Source: Cycas panzhihuaensis (taxonomy: Eukaryota; Plantae; Cycadophyta). From it: 64,000 bases of DNA. The translations under genes and the position numbers were made by a program. The stretch's first letter is position 1, and each line of letters starts with the position of its first letter. The notes under the pieces are model-generated. The model worked only from the letters and a program-made list of their open reading frames with translations. It had not been told where the DNA came from and ran no database searches. The stretch is taken from the NCBI GenBank assembly GCA_023213395.1, contig CM041465.1, positions 210,993,741 to 211,057,740 on the forward strand. The letters are read 5' to 3'. Positions 12,506 to 24,559 of the stretch are shown here, piece by piece.

Positions 12506-14790
12506 TGACTGCTAGCTTGAGGATGATAAGGAGATAACATGTGATCGATAATGTAGATTTTTTTGCATAACCTAGCTACTTGAGAATTATAAAATTAAGT
12601 TTCATTATCAGTTATGATAATTTTGTGAACCCCAAATCTATAGATGATATATTAGAAGATGAATGTATTAATAATATTTTCAATAGTAGAGATCAATAAA
12701 ATATCTTTGCTCTACTTAGTAAAGTACATTTTAGTAGTTAGAATAAACTTGGGACTACTTGAAAAAAGAAAGGGAAAGAGGGGCTATAGAATTTGATGAA
12801 TGAGATCAAGCCCCCATTGAGAAAAAGGCCATGGAGAAATGATAGAATTTAGAGTTTAAGTAGTTTGGTATATGACGGTGGTGTGCGATTTGCATTTCTC
12901 ACACTTCTAAATATACACATGAGCATCTTTAAATAATGATGGCAAATAGTACCTCATTTAAAGGATACATTAGGCCATAGACTAACCACCAAAATAGCCT
13001 CCATATATGCCATCATGGAATTCTATTAAGGAAGTTTAGGCCTCAAAAGATGAAAGACATCTCAATAGAATTCTAGTGAAGGAGTGCTTATTAAGGACAC
13101 CCTCCAAGAGTAGATACTGATGGGTAATAACTTTAATTTATTTCCTTTTCTTAGAGGAAATAGAAGAAGGAAAGTTTTTGTTTTAGAGATAAGACTTAAT
13201 CTCTTCATACCATACTTCTCCTAATGGGACAACATCGACTTGAAGGATTTATTCATCAAGGAGCTTATTATCAACAATCTCATTAGTTGGATTTGGCAAG
13301 GGTGCTTTTTCCATCATCATGCCAACCATCATAACTATCTTAGATTTTTAGTTAACTATTTGAAAGTCAAATTCTTGTAGGAGGAGGGCCCATTTGCCTA
13401 CAAGCCCTATGAGATCACTCTTGATAAGTAAAAAGTGAATAAGGTTATATTGGACAATGACTTACTAAGAAGATAATGACATAGATTCTTGGTGGTGAAA
13501 ACTAAAGATAAATATTCTTTATCTAAGGGAGAGTAGTTGAGTTTAGCAATAACAAGAGTTTTGATTATAAAGTAAATGGCTCACTCTCTCCCAAATTCAT
13601 CTTCTTAGACAAGTATGTCCCTAAGGGATTCCTTCATAGAAGATATATATAAGATGAAGGGCTTGTCAAATAGGGGAGGAGTAAGAACAGGGGTTAAGAT
13701 TAAGGCCAACTTTAATCTAATAGAGGACTCTTGAATATGCACAATCTAAGTTAGGGAAGCCCCTTTTATAAGAAGGTTAATAAGAGGTTTAGTGTTCAAT
13801 GCAAAGTCTACAATGAAACATCGTAGAAAGCCCAACTTGCCAAGAAATCACTTAATCCACTTTTGATTTTGTAGGGGAGGCATTTTGATGATGACTCTTA
13901 CCTTTTCAAGATATGCCTTAATACCATGTTAGAAAACTATATTTCCTAGCATCTTACCTAAGGTGACAACAAACACATATTTAGTTGAATCGAGATATAA
14001 ATAAAATTTATGACATTATTCAAAGATTATTCTCAAATCTTGAATACAATCTTTCTTATAATAAGATAAGGCAAGTATTTCATCTAGGTAAATGGCTATT
14101 ATGACCTTGATTTGATCATGGAAGATGAATGCCATAGTCTGCTAGTAGGTGGCTCCAGTATTGTTAAGGCTAAATGACATGACCTTATAGGCAAATGTTC
14201 CCCATGGAGCAGTGAAGGAAATCTTATGGTAGTATTTAGATGAGATAAGAATATGATTATATCTTAAAAAACTATCCATGAGTGATATGACTTTAAAATT
14301 AATAATTTAGTCCCAAATTTAATCCATGTATGAGAGAGGGAAATTATCCTTTAGTTAAACACCATTGATGTTAAAAAAATTGATGTATATTTGAATTAAC
14401 CTTTTCTTTCTGGCAACAAGGACTATGTTAGAGACCCATTATGAATAGTTAATACTTTCAATGAATCCTACTTTTAGAAGCTTCTTAACTTCTTGCTTAA
14501 TATTTGTAAATAAATGAAGATAAATGAGTATTTAATTTTACCTTTTGGGCTTGGCTTTTGGAATTGCAGTGATATTATGGACTACAACATTAGGGTGAAG
14601 GCCTTGCATATCACAATAATCTTAGGTGAAAACTGACGTAAACTCTTCAAAGAATTCGTTAAGTTATTTTACTTTTTTAGGGAGTAGTTTGCTTCCACCT
14701 TGATAATTCTAGGAGTATCACCAATCTCCAAATTAATGTCTATTATTTTACCAATAAGTATGGCATTTCCTTCCTTAAAGTGAGGAGGGG
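12506..14790 (-). pseudogene. Gypsy pol copy A (RT, RNase H, integrase truncated after SPYHPQASSQ)
   Basis: KDNFPL, SFTAPWGTFAYKVMSF, IYLDEIL, MPPLQNQK, SPWPFSQWGLDLI, YRFGVHKIIITDN, SPYHPQASSQ. Confidence 0.85.
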
Positions 14791-15975
14791 TAGGGCTTGT
14801 AAAAGGTAGAGGATCATATAAAGGTTAAACTAAGTTGGATAAAGATGAATCATGATGTAAATAATTACCAAAACCAAGCTTGTGATGATTAGGAGGGAGA
14901 TTGAGTGATGTTCCAACTGAGTTTTCTAGAATTGCCTTATGATTATCAAAATGATTGAGATGAAGGAGATCTCTAAAGATAGAGTTTTTAGGCTAAAAAT
15001 GAGAATGATAAGGCAAATTTGAGGAAGTTGTTCTTACTGAAAGGATGTGGTTATAATTCAATAAGATATCTATTATTATGAGAATATGGGAAAGTGGATC
15101 GAGTTGATTAGGGAATTTCTAATCTAACTACATAATCAGATGAAGGCTAGATTCAATAGTTGTAGGAGGGTTAGTAGGTGGGGACATATATATAAGAGAT
15201 GGTACAATATCCTCCTGAATGACCTCCTTTATTGGGAAAGAGACTATAGTAATTATATTAATCTCTTTGATCTCTCTCCTATGTGTTGGATTTGATCTAT
15301 ATGAGGTATGAAAAGAGGACATCTCAACTTTGGAGGTGAGAAGTCAAGATGCCTATGCATGAGGAGTTTCTCACCATGCCAATTAAACCATGTAGTTTAG
15401 AGAGGATGCTCACAATAGGTTACTTTACTAGATGAGGAAGTGGTGGCCTAAGATAAAGGTGATTTTCTAGAAGGGCTAGTAATAGCTATAATAGTGTTTG
15501 GGATATTGTTCACATGATATAAGTAAAGAACAAGTGTGAAATCTAACTCACTAAAGGATAAACCTAGGGAAGTGGTTTCTTGAGATAAAAGGAAACTATT
15601 TTGTAATATACTGTTATCATCATTGCCCTAATGTGATGACATAGAGGCATGATAAATAAGGTCTTACTCCATTTAAGTAGGATTGGATAGATAACTTATA
15701 GAGTGGAGGGGCAAAATCTCTTCTAGAGGGGTAGGAATTAGGAAAGGTTATAAAGTGGTTTAAAATATTTCCATACCTGATTGATATGACAAGGCGCTTA
15801 CCTGTAAGGGAATAATATCAATCATGTTAATACATTTAACTTCTTATTTGAACATTAAAAGAGACTCATTGGTCAAGTATTACCTAAGGTCTAAAGATTA
15901 AAAGAAGTATTTAAAGGAATTAGAGGGCTCCTATATTTCCAAGATAGTTTCCACCAATGGAACATATTTCTTAAC

Positions 15976-16181
15976 TGTAAACAATCTCCAATGAAGAAGG
16001 AATTCTCTCTATTTCTTTATTGATGATCCATTATGTATATATACAGTTATAAAGTAGGTACAAATGGTAACCGCTCAATAGAATGATGCCACTTGTCATT
16101 TTGAGAGAGAAAGGGGAAGAGGTACAAGATCCTTACAAAACATTATGTACTATAGTCCTAGATAAAACATTACCTTTTACA
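15976..16181 (-). repeat. Copia 3' LTR
   Basis: Direct repeat of 21036-21241; abuts PPT CCCCCTCTTAA (16182-16192). Confidence 0.97.
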
Positions 16182-16199
16182 CCCCCTCTTAATGTTTTA

Positions 16200-19100
16200 T
16201 CTACCTTAATCCTAATAAATTTCTGAAGACAATGAAGTTTTCTCTTCCAAGAGATTTAGTGAGAACATCAGCAGTTTGATCCTCTGAAGGACAATTTTGT
16301 AGCCCGATTTCTATGTTCTATATTTTTTCCCTAATAAAATGATGGTGTACCTCTATATGTTTTGTTCTAGCATGTAGTATTAGATTTTTTGTTATTTTTA
16401 TGGTACTTTGATTATCACAAAATGTTCAAGTTAGTGTCATTTGTTCTTCTCCTAGTTCTTTTAGGAGCTATCTGATCCATACTCCTTCGCATGCTGCGTT
16501 GACTGTTGACTTATATTCTGCTTCTGTTGAGGACAATGCAATAGTATGCTACTTTTTATTACTCTAAGAGATCAAGGATCTTCCTAGGAAGAAACAATAT
16601 CCTGATGTCAATTTCTTGTCTATTCTATCTTCAGCCCAATTCGAGTCGCAAAAATTGGTCAATTATGTATTGTTTTCCTTGTCATATTTTAAACCAAGAT
16701 TCATGGTTTCTTTTAGATATCATAAGATTCTATTTACAACATTCCAGTGAGGGATTTTAGGACTTTCCATAAACCTAGAGATTACCACAACGACATATGA
16801 AATATCTGGATATGTTGCTGTGAGATATATTAGGCTTCCAACCAACTGTTTGTATAATGTTGCATCAATAAGATGTGCTTCTTATTCTGCATTCAGTACT
16901 GACCCAACTTCCATTAGTGTGCTGACAATATTGCAACTTTCCATTCTAAACTTGCTTAGCAAGTTTTTGATATACCTTGTTTGTGAAAGAGTAGTAAAAG
17001 AATTGTTCTGTTCTATTTCTATTCCAAAGTAATAATGCAACATTCCCAGATCTATCATTTCGAAGACCTTTTCAAACTTACTTTTGATAAAAGTTATTGA
17101 AATTTTGTTGTATCTAGTAATCAACATGTCATCTACATATACTACTATAATAGAGATTGATCCTCGATTGCCTTTTACATATAAACTATGATCAAATTCA
17201 CATCGATAGAAACTATTTTTGTGCTAAATATAAATCTAATTTAGCATACCAAGCTCTTGGTGTTTGTTTGAGTCCATATAATGCTTTTCTTAGTTTATAG
17301 ACCATTTTTACTTGACTTGGTATTATGTACCCTTTTGGTTGATACGTATATACTTCTTCTTGTAGATCCCCATTTAAGAATGCACTTTTAATATCCATTT
17401 GATAAATTTCCTAACCTTTTTGGGCAGCAAGAGTAATTACCGTTCTCACCATGTTCACTTTAGCTACTAGTGAGAATGTTTCTTCATAGTCAATTCCAAC
17501 TGTTTGTGTGTAGCCTTTTGCTACAAGTCTAGTATTGTATTTCTCTACTTCTCTGTTTAGTTTTTCTTTTATCTTGTATCCCCATTTATAATTTATAATG
17601 GGTTTATCTTTAGGAGCCAAGACCAAGTCCCATGTTTTGTTTCTTTGTATGGCTTCAATTTCTGTATCCATTGTTGTTTTTCAGTTTTGAGAGCATCTCG
17701 CTTCTTCATAAGAACTTGGTTCAATAGAGCAAATCAAGGCTTGTGGTTTTTGATTCCTCAAGAGTTTTGAGATATCACCTTGGAACTCTTTTCGAGGAAC
17801 ATTTTTGTAATGATTTATCTTCTTCATCTTTGGAATTGGAGCTACTATCTTGTTGTGTATGTGACTGAATGCTGGAACCGCTGGTTTGTTACTTATCTAG
17901 AAAGGTGTCCTCTGAAATATCATCTTCTGCTTTAATACTTTCTGAAGTAATATCTGACTTATCTTCCAACTAAGCATGGTGTATATTTAGGTTGTCTTCA
18001 TCAATTTCTTAAAGTACTATGTTAGCATACTCTTTTCTTTCATCAAAAATTACATGCCTACTCACATAAAGCTTGTCTATTTTTGGGTCAAGGCACCTGT
18101 ATGCCTTCGAGAGACTACTGTATCCAACCATTATGCATTCTATGCTTTTATTATCTAGTTTAGACCTTTTCTTATCAGGAATGTGAACATAAGTCTTGCA
18201 GCTAAAGATTTTTAAATGACTTATGTTAGGCTTGTGTCCTGTCAAGGCCTCTTCAGGCATTATATTGTCTAGGGACTGAGTAGGACTTCTATTGATCAAA
18301 TATATAGCTATATGTACAACTTCTGCCCAATATTTCTTCACTATTTCTCTGTTGCTTAGCATGCCTTGAGCCATTTCTATAATTGTTCTATTCATCCTTT
18401 TTGCAACCGCATTAGATTGAGGTGTATAAGGTGTTGTGAACTGTCTTTGAATTCCATGTATTTTGCATAAATGAAGGAAATCATTAGATGCAAATTCTCC
18501 TCCTCTCTTTGAATGAATACATTTGATTTTTTGACCACTTTCTAATTCACTTACAACTTTGAATTCTTTGAAGTAGCCAAGTGTTTCTGATTTACTAGAA
18601 AGGAAGTACACCTAGGTTTTCTTGGAGAAATCATCAATAATAGTTAAGAAATACCTTGATCCATTTGCTAAGATCAGCATGAATGGTCCACACAAATCAG
18701 TGTGTATTAATTCTAGCTTAATTTGTGCATGCTACGTGCTTTTTGAAAATAGAGTCCTATGTTGTTTTCCCATCATGTAGCCTTTACATACAAAGTGATT
18801 GAATGAAATATCTAGTAATCCATTCACCATCTTATGTTTCTTTAATCTTTCTAGCCTATCATGAGAGATATGACCATACTTCAAATGCCAAATTTCATTA
18901 TTATCAATGTTGTTTATAGTAAAAGCTTTTACATCAGAGAGCATTTTGGTGGGGCCTTTATCAGGCAGTATAGGAGGTGAGAGAAGTTTATACAACCTAT
19001 TATATTTTTCTCCTTTGGCTATCATTGTGCCATTCTTTTCCATATCAAGTATATAATAATAATCATGTTCATCAAATACTGTTCTTAGTTTTTTGTCACT

Positions 19101-20330
19101 CAATTGTGATACTAACAAAAGATTTCTTTTCATCCCAGGTACAAAAAAACACATTGCCTATACGTTGAATCTTTCCATCAATAAGTATAGCAATTTGTCC
19201 TATTCCCTTTATATGTAAGGGAAAATTGTCTCCTAGCTCTACTGATGTATTGAAATCATAAGGTTTAATGATTTCAAACCATTCTTTGTCCTCTATCATG
19301 TGATGTGAAACACTTAAATCTACATACCAGTTTTCTACTATATTTACATTAGCTGCCAAGGATACAATAAAAGTAGTTTCAACTTCCTCTTACATTATAT
19401 CCTTTTCTTTACTATAATTCCTAGATGCCTGTTATTTTCCTTTCTAAAATTCTGCTCATCTTTGGTAACACTGGTATGGGTAATGGCCTATTTGTCCATA
19501 GTGGTAATAGACATCGAATGCTTTATAGTTACTCAAAAATTGGCCTGGTTTTCCATAATTAAAACATACTTTAGTATCCCGAGGTGGATTTTTAATCATT
19601 CTTCCTCATCCTCTTCCTTCTATCCAATGTCCCTTGTGGCTTGTCGATGTATTTCCTCATAATCTAGAATTAAGTTGACCTCTTCCTCTGCCTCCTAACT
19701 GAAGTTTAGTGATAAGGGCTTCTTCAATCTCTGTGTCTTTTTCATATCTTTGATTTCTTTGTTCTTGACTGTACATATGTCCTGTCAGAGTATCAAAGGA
19801 CATTGTAGCTGTATGTCCTCCTCTTGTCAACATGTTTACCATGTTATCAAAAGATTTTAGAAGTTTATTAAGCACCAGGTATATCAGTTATGTGTCTGTT
19901 AATTTGTCTCCTATTGTAAGAAGGGCAATTTTAATACTAGTTAACTTGGTTAGGAATTCTGATATAGTTTGACCATCTCTCATCTTTAATTTATAAAGTT
20001 CTTCTCTTAGGGCCATAATTCCTACTCCATTTTTCCTGCTAAACATGGAGGACATAATTTTTGAAATTTTGTTTGCATTCTCTAGACCATCAACATAAAC
20101 TAATAGAGAGTCAAAGATTGAAAGTTTGAAAACTGAAACAATAGCATTATTTCTCTCCTCCAAATTAATCAAGTTTATTCCATCAGAGGGTTGTTTTTCA
20201 TGCCCGGTAGTGATTTTCTAGGCGTGTTTCGCTCTCAACAATCCTTTTATTTGATTTTCTAGATACTAAAGTTTATTTCTATGAGTTTGTCACTTTTAGG
20301 TAATGAACCAGCAGATGAGGCCACGGAAAA
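16200..20330 (-). pseudogene. Copia gag-pol polyprotein with in-frame stops
   Basis: ORF track: UBN2 gag, WYVDLSVSHHM protease, WHLKYGH GAG-pre-integrase, TPYTPQSNAVAKRMNRT integrase, [12 protein letters not shown] and VYVDD RT; ARTKHIEVHHHFIRE RNase H read manually. Confidence 0.95.
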
Positions 20331-21024
20331 GTTTGAATGGAGGTAAGAAATATGAGTTTAAATGACTGTACAGACTGTTGTATGGATTTTTGTATGGAAC
20401 TCAAGTTGTATGGATGGATAAGAAAGTGGTCTTAATTGAAAGATCTCTCGAATGGGTATCCCAATCTGGTGTTAGTTTCTCAATCCACCTTTAGATCTGA
20501 GAGAAACAACTCGATAAAGGCTCAGATCTATGCAAAATGATTTTTGAGAAATTTGAGAAAAAAATTAGAAAAACTAAGATAAATTCTTATCAAAATCCAC
20601 TTAATGTCTTTGTCTACTAATGAGAAATGATTTAGATGCTCTATACCAGGGATTTAGACCAGATTTTTAGAAAAAAATGCTTTGAGAGAAGGCTCCAAAC
20701 TCGTGCACCCTTAAATCTGCCTAGAACTTGGTCAAAATGGTTTCAGATGATGTAAACACAAAAGAGAAATGTGTAGGGGAGGCCCTAATCTATAATCTAG
20801 GTGAGTTTCATTAGATTCTAATAATTTTAATTTTTGACATCCATACAGGTTCGTACACGTCCGTACCACCGTACAAATTTGTATGATTCTTGCTTCAGAT
20901 TCACCTGAATAAATTTATCTTTAGATGGTAGGGTCTTTTGACAGTAATTTATCTCCAATCTTCCTCTTCTCCTTTTAATGAATCCATAATTTACTTTTCC
21001 CATGTAGGAGGACCTAAGAGCCTA

Positions 21025-21035
21025 CTCTGATACCA
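21025..21035 (-). promoter_or_regulatory. PBS complementary to tRNA-iMet
   Basis: Minus strand TGGTATCAGAG immediately after the 5' LTR. Confidence 0.95.
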
Positions 21036-21241
21036 TGTAAACAATCTCCAATGAAGAAGGAATTCTCTCTGTTTCTTTATTGATGATCCATTGTGTAGAT
21101 ATATAGTTATAAAGTAGGTACAAATGGAAATCGCTTAACAGAATGGTGCCACTTGTCATTTTGAGAGAGAAAGAGGAAGAGGTACAAGACCCTTACAAAA
21201 CATTATGTATTATAGTCCTAGATAAAATATTACCTTTTACA
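21036..21241 (-). repeat. Copia 5' LTR
   Basis: Direct repeat of 15976-16181, followed by TSD TTAAC. Confidence 0.97.
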
Positions 21242-21279
21242 TTAACATGTTTATTTTTTTAATTGACCACCTTCGACTC

Positions 21280-24200
21280 TCTCTTATGAATGGATTTAAG
21301 CTCACCAAAGAGTAAGGAATAAACAATGAACATTTAATTAATCTAAGGTCTTCCTCAGAGAATATTATCCTCTAAGTATAGGTTTATGATAGTAAGATCA
21401 ACCATAACTATTTCCCCTTCTAAGGTGAGAGAGAGAGTGACTTGTCCCAATGGGACTTTTTGGTTCTTATCATACCCTTGACATATTTATTTGCAAGGTT
21501 CATAGGCAACAATCTCTAGATATTTTACTAGACAAAGAGAGATTGCATTTACGAATGAATCTTCTTCAATAATAACACATCAAATGTTGATGTCCTCTTT
21601 ATAGACCTCAATGTAGAATATAGGGATATCATTAGGGTTTCTTTTCTTTTCACTAGGTAAAATAAAAGGATCAAAAGAGAGAGTGATACTTGTTAGGAAG
21701 TGGGGAGAAGGGACCCCTAGAGTATCAAGTAGTAATTAACATTACTTTGGGCAACCCCTTAACAAGTCTATAACCAAAATCCTAGTAAGAATAGACTTCA
21801 ACTCATCGACGAAAGAGAAAGATCCATTATTTATAGTGTATGGAATGAACTTGAAACAAATAGGTCTAGGTGAGATGAGAGGCAAAGAGTTAGAATTTTT
21901 AATAGATAAATCTTCTAAGGATTTGGACATTCTTAGTTTCTTTATTACCTCAACCATATTGATTGTTCTCTTAGTCTTTCCACCTTTGGGAGGTGGTTAA
22001 TTTTGGTTATTAGTCTACTTACCATCTCCCTTGGGTGAAGTGGTATGTTTGTTACTTGGCCTAGAGCCCATGCTCTTGTTATCACCTGTATTATCCTATT
22101 TGGATTTTCCTTTACCTTTGTCCTTAGTGTTCTTTAGATCATGTTCAAGTAAAGGGTCTTTATGGATCAATTATTCTTGGTTTAGCTTAGATATAAGATT
22201 ATTAATAATTTAAGTCTTATGACCTCTAGCCTAAACTACTTAACACTAATCCTAATTATGACAATCAATTTAGTGATAAAAACACCAAGAAGCTTTCTTT
22301 GTTAAAGAAGGAGGTGGATGTTGGTATCTCTTTCCCTCAGTATAGGAAGTGACTTTGGTTATTTACTTTTGCTAAGAAGAGAGTGGATTCTCAACACACA
22401 ACTTGGTATTGATAGTACATTTGATGGCCCTAATAGAATATGTAATATATTTATATGTATGGTCACCCTAACTAGGTTTAGGCCCTCGAATTAAGTCTTT
22501 CACTAGAGTAGGCTTGCCTTTCTTCTTGATTCCTACTTGAATCTAAAAAGCTTTAAGAGCTAAGCATTTATCTATGGCTTCCTTATAGTTTTATAGACCA
22601 AGTTTGAACAGCTCTAAATGAACATAAGGTCTCAAAGTATTAGTATCAATATCAAATAGGAGGCCTAAATCAAGGTTGGAGTGATAGGCATGGATTAGGT
22701 CTTAGAATCATCTTATGAAGTTGTGAGATGATTTATCATTATTTTACTTAATGGATAAGAGGAACTTGATACTAGTGTCAAATAGCCTAGTTATGTCAAA
22801 GTAGTTGATGAAGGCATCAACTAACAACTAGAATGTAAAAATCAAAGCATATAGGAGATAATTAAACCACTTTAAGGAATCTCCTTAAAGTAATTTAGAG
22901 AATAATCTCATCATGATGTAATCATAAGGGAAAAAGTCAACACACACAAGTGCAAAAGCTTACAATTGCCCAATAAGATCTTATAAGTTCTCCCCTAAGA
23001 ACTTGGGTAATTTAGGGATAAATAGAGGCATGGATGAGAGGGGGACCTCTTATGGAAATGGGGACCTCATGTAGTCAATAAATGGCCTCCTAGACCTCAA
23101 CATGGAAGAGTGTCAAGGAGGAGGCTATTCATAGGGAATATAAGTTTCATATGGGCATTGGTCATAATGGAGTTGATGAGAAGGAGTGAATGAGTGAACC
23201 ATGAAATAGGATTGAGATGGGTTCCTATCTAATAGATAGTGTGTTATTAGGGTGTAGCAATGTATTGGAGAGGGGTAATTATGTGTTGTGGATAGGGTTG
23301 ATGAGGATAGTTAGGTTTAGGACTATAAGATAGTATAGGCCTTCTGAAAAATCTCAAAATTTATTGTTGGTTCATGTGTTAGTAAAAAAGAATATAAGTG
23401 TGAGAGCCCCCCAATGTATCTTATACTTCAATATAGGTATTATATGTGGGCTATATAGGAGTAGATGGTGTGGGTCCTTTATGGGACTAAAAGGGAGGTG
23501 ATCTCATATTATGTCTCATGATTTTATGAGGTGGGCGATGAGGATTCCTTTGACTAAGGTGAGAGACACCATAATAAGGGATGGATCCACTAATAGGTGG
23601 AACCTGTAAAGTGATGTAAGGATACTTATACCTATGTACGAGTCATGGTCTTCTACTAAGTCCCAAATGAGGTAATTAGTAAGATGAAAATGCTAGATAT
23701 GGGTGTCTTGAGGCAAATTATTTCTTTTAATTAGTACTCTCAAGTGGGATATCATATAAAATGGAGGGTATGAAAGGAACTTAAGCTCCTTCCTATACCA
23801 TGTTAACTAGTACTTGAGGTTAGAAGTGGACCTAGTCTCTTCTATCTCGTTAGGTGAGATAGGAGGTGCCTTCAAGGTAAGGGGATGAGAAGGACAAGGG
23901 GAAGGTGGAATATTAGATATATAGCGATGATTGATATGAGGGGGTTAACGCTCTTAAAAAGGAGGATCAGGTTGCTCTTGATGATGGTCAAGGAGCAAAT
24001 ATAAAGATAACGTCATGGTGTGGGTGTCTTAATGAAAAGAGTCTTGATATCTTAGGATGGGGGTAAGAGAATAAATCCTAGTGAGCAAAGACTCTGAAAG
24101 TAGATGGATAACACAATCAATATGAACCTCTTCTTGAGTAATATAGGAGACTACCAAGGATGGATTCCCCAAGTGTGGTTGGAGGTGTTCATAATAAGCT

Positions 24201-24400
24201 TACTTTATAGGGACTTCATACAAGTCAACAAATCCCTCAAGAGGGTTGACTTGTATCTCGTAGCCCTCATACCTAAGATAGTCTTTATGAGGTAGGTAGT
24301 CATCATGAGTCTCATACTCTTGATAGTAATCATATTTAGAATATTGAGGAGAGAGGCATTTTTGCCTCTTTGATCTCCTTGGATGAGCATGGCGAAGAGG
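21280..24400 (-). pseudogene. Tat-A gag (core about 22300-23100) and protease (about 21290-21650)
   Basis: PKLPKFLGENL*DLIGQL*AFALVCVDF, GDSLKWFN, degenerate Cys/His knuckle near 22250, NIL*GRP*I protease C-terminal motif near 21350. Confidence 0.8.
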
Positions 24401-24537
24401 GATATCCATCAGAATAGAGACATAAAGTTGGAAATAAAAGCTCAAGAAAAAGATGAGAACCCTAAATAAGAATGAAGGATCACAAGTAAATATAAAAGAT
24501 GTAGGTCTAAACAATGCAACTAGAAAGCTTTGACAAC

Positions 24538-24555
24538 TCCCCAGTATGGTCACTA
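24538..24555 (-). promoter_or_regulatory. PBS of Tat-A (tRNA-Arg-type)
   Basis: Minus strand CA-TTTC-TAGTGACCATACTGGGGA. Confidence 0.75.
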
Positions 24556-24559
24556 GAAA

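Larger units (their letters stand above)
15976..21241 (-). mobile_element. Full-length Ty1/copia LTR retrotransposon (5.27 kb, short-LTR Ale/Ivana-like), nested in Tat pol
   Basis: 206-bp LTRs 15976-16181 and 21036-21241 (13 mismatches, no indels), TG..CA ends, perfect TSD TTAAC, PBS, PPT, gag-PR-INT-RT-RH order. Confidence 0.97.

Noticed and set aside
16820-19662. Plus-strand ORFs at 16820, 18977 and 19462
   Set aside because: Antisense shadows of Copia pol.
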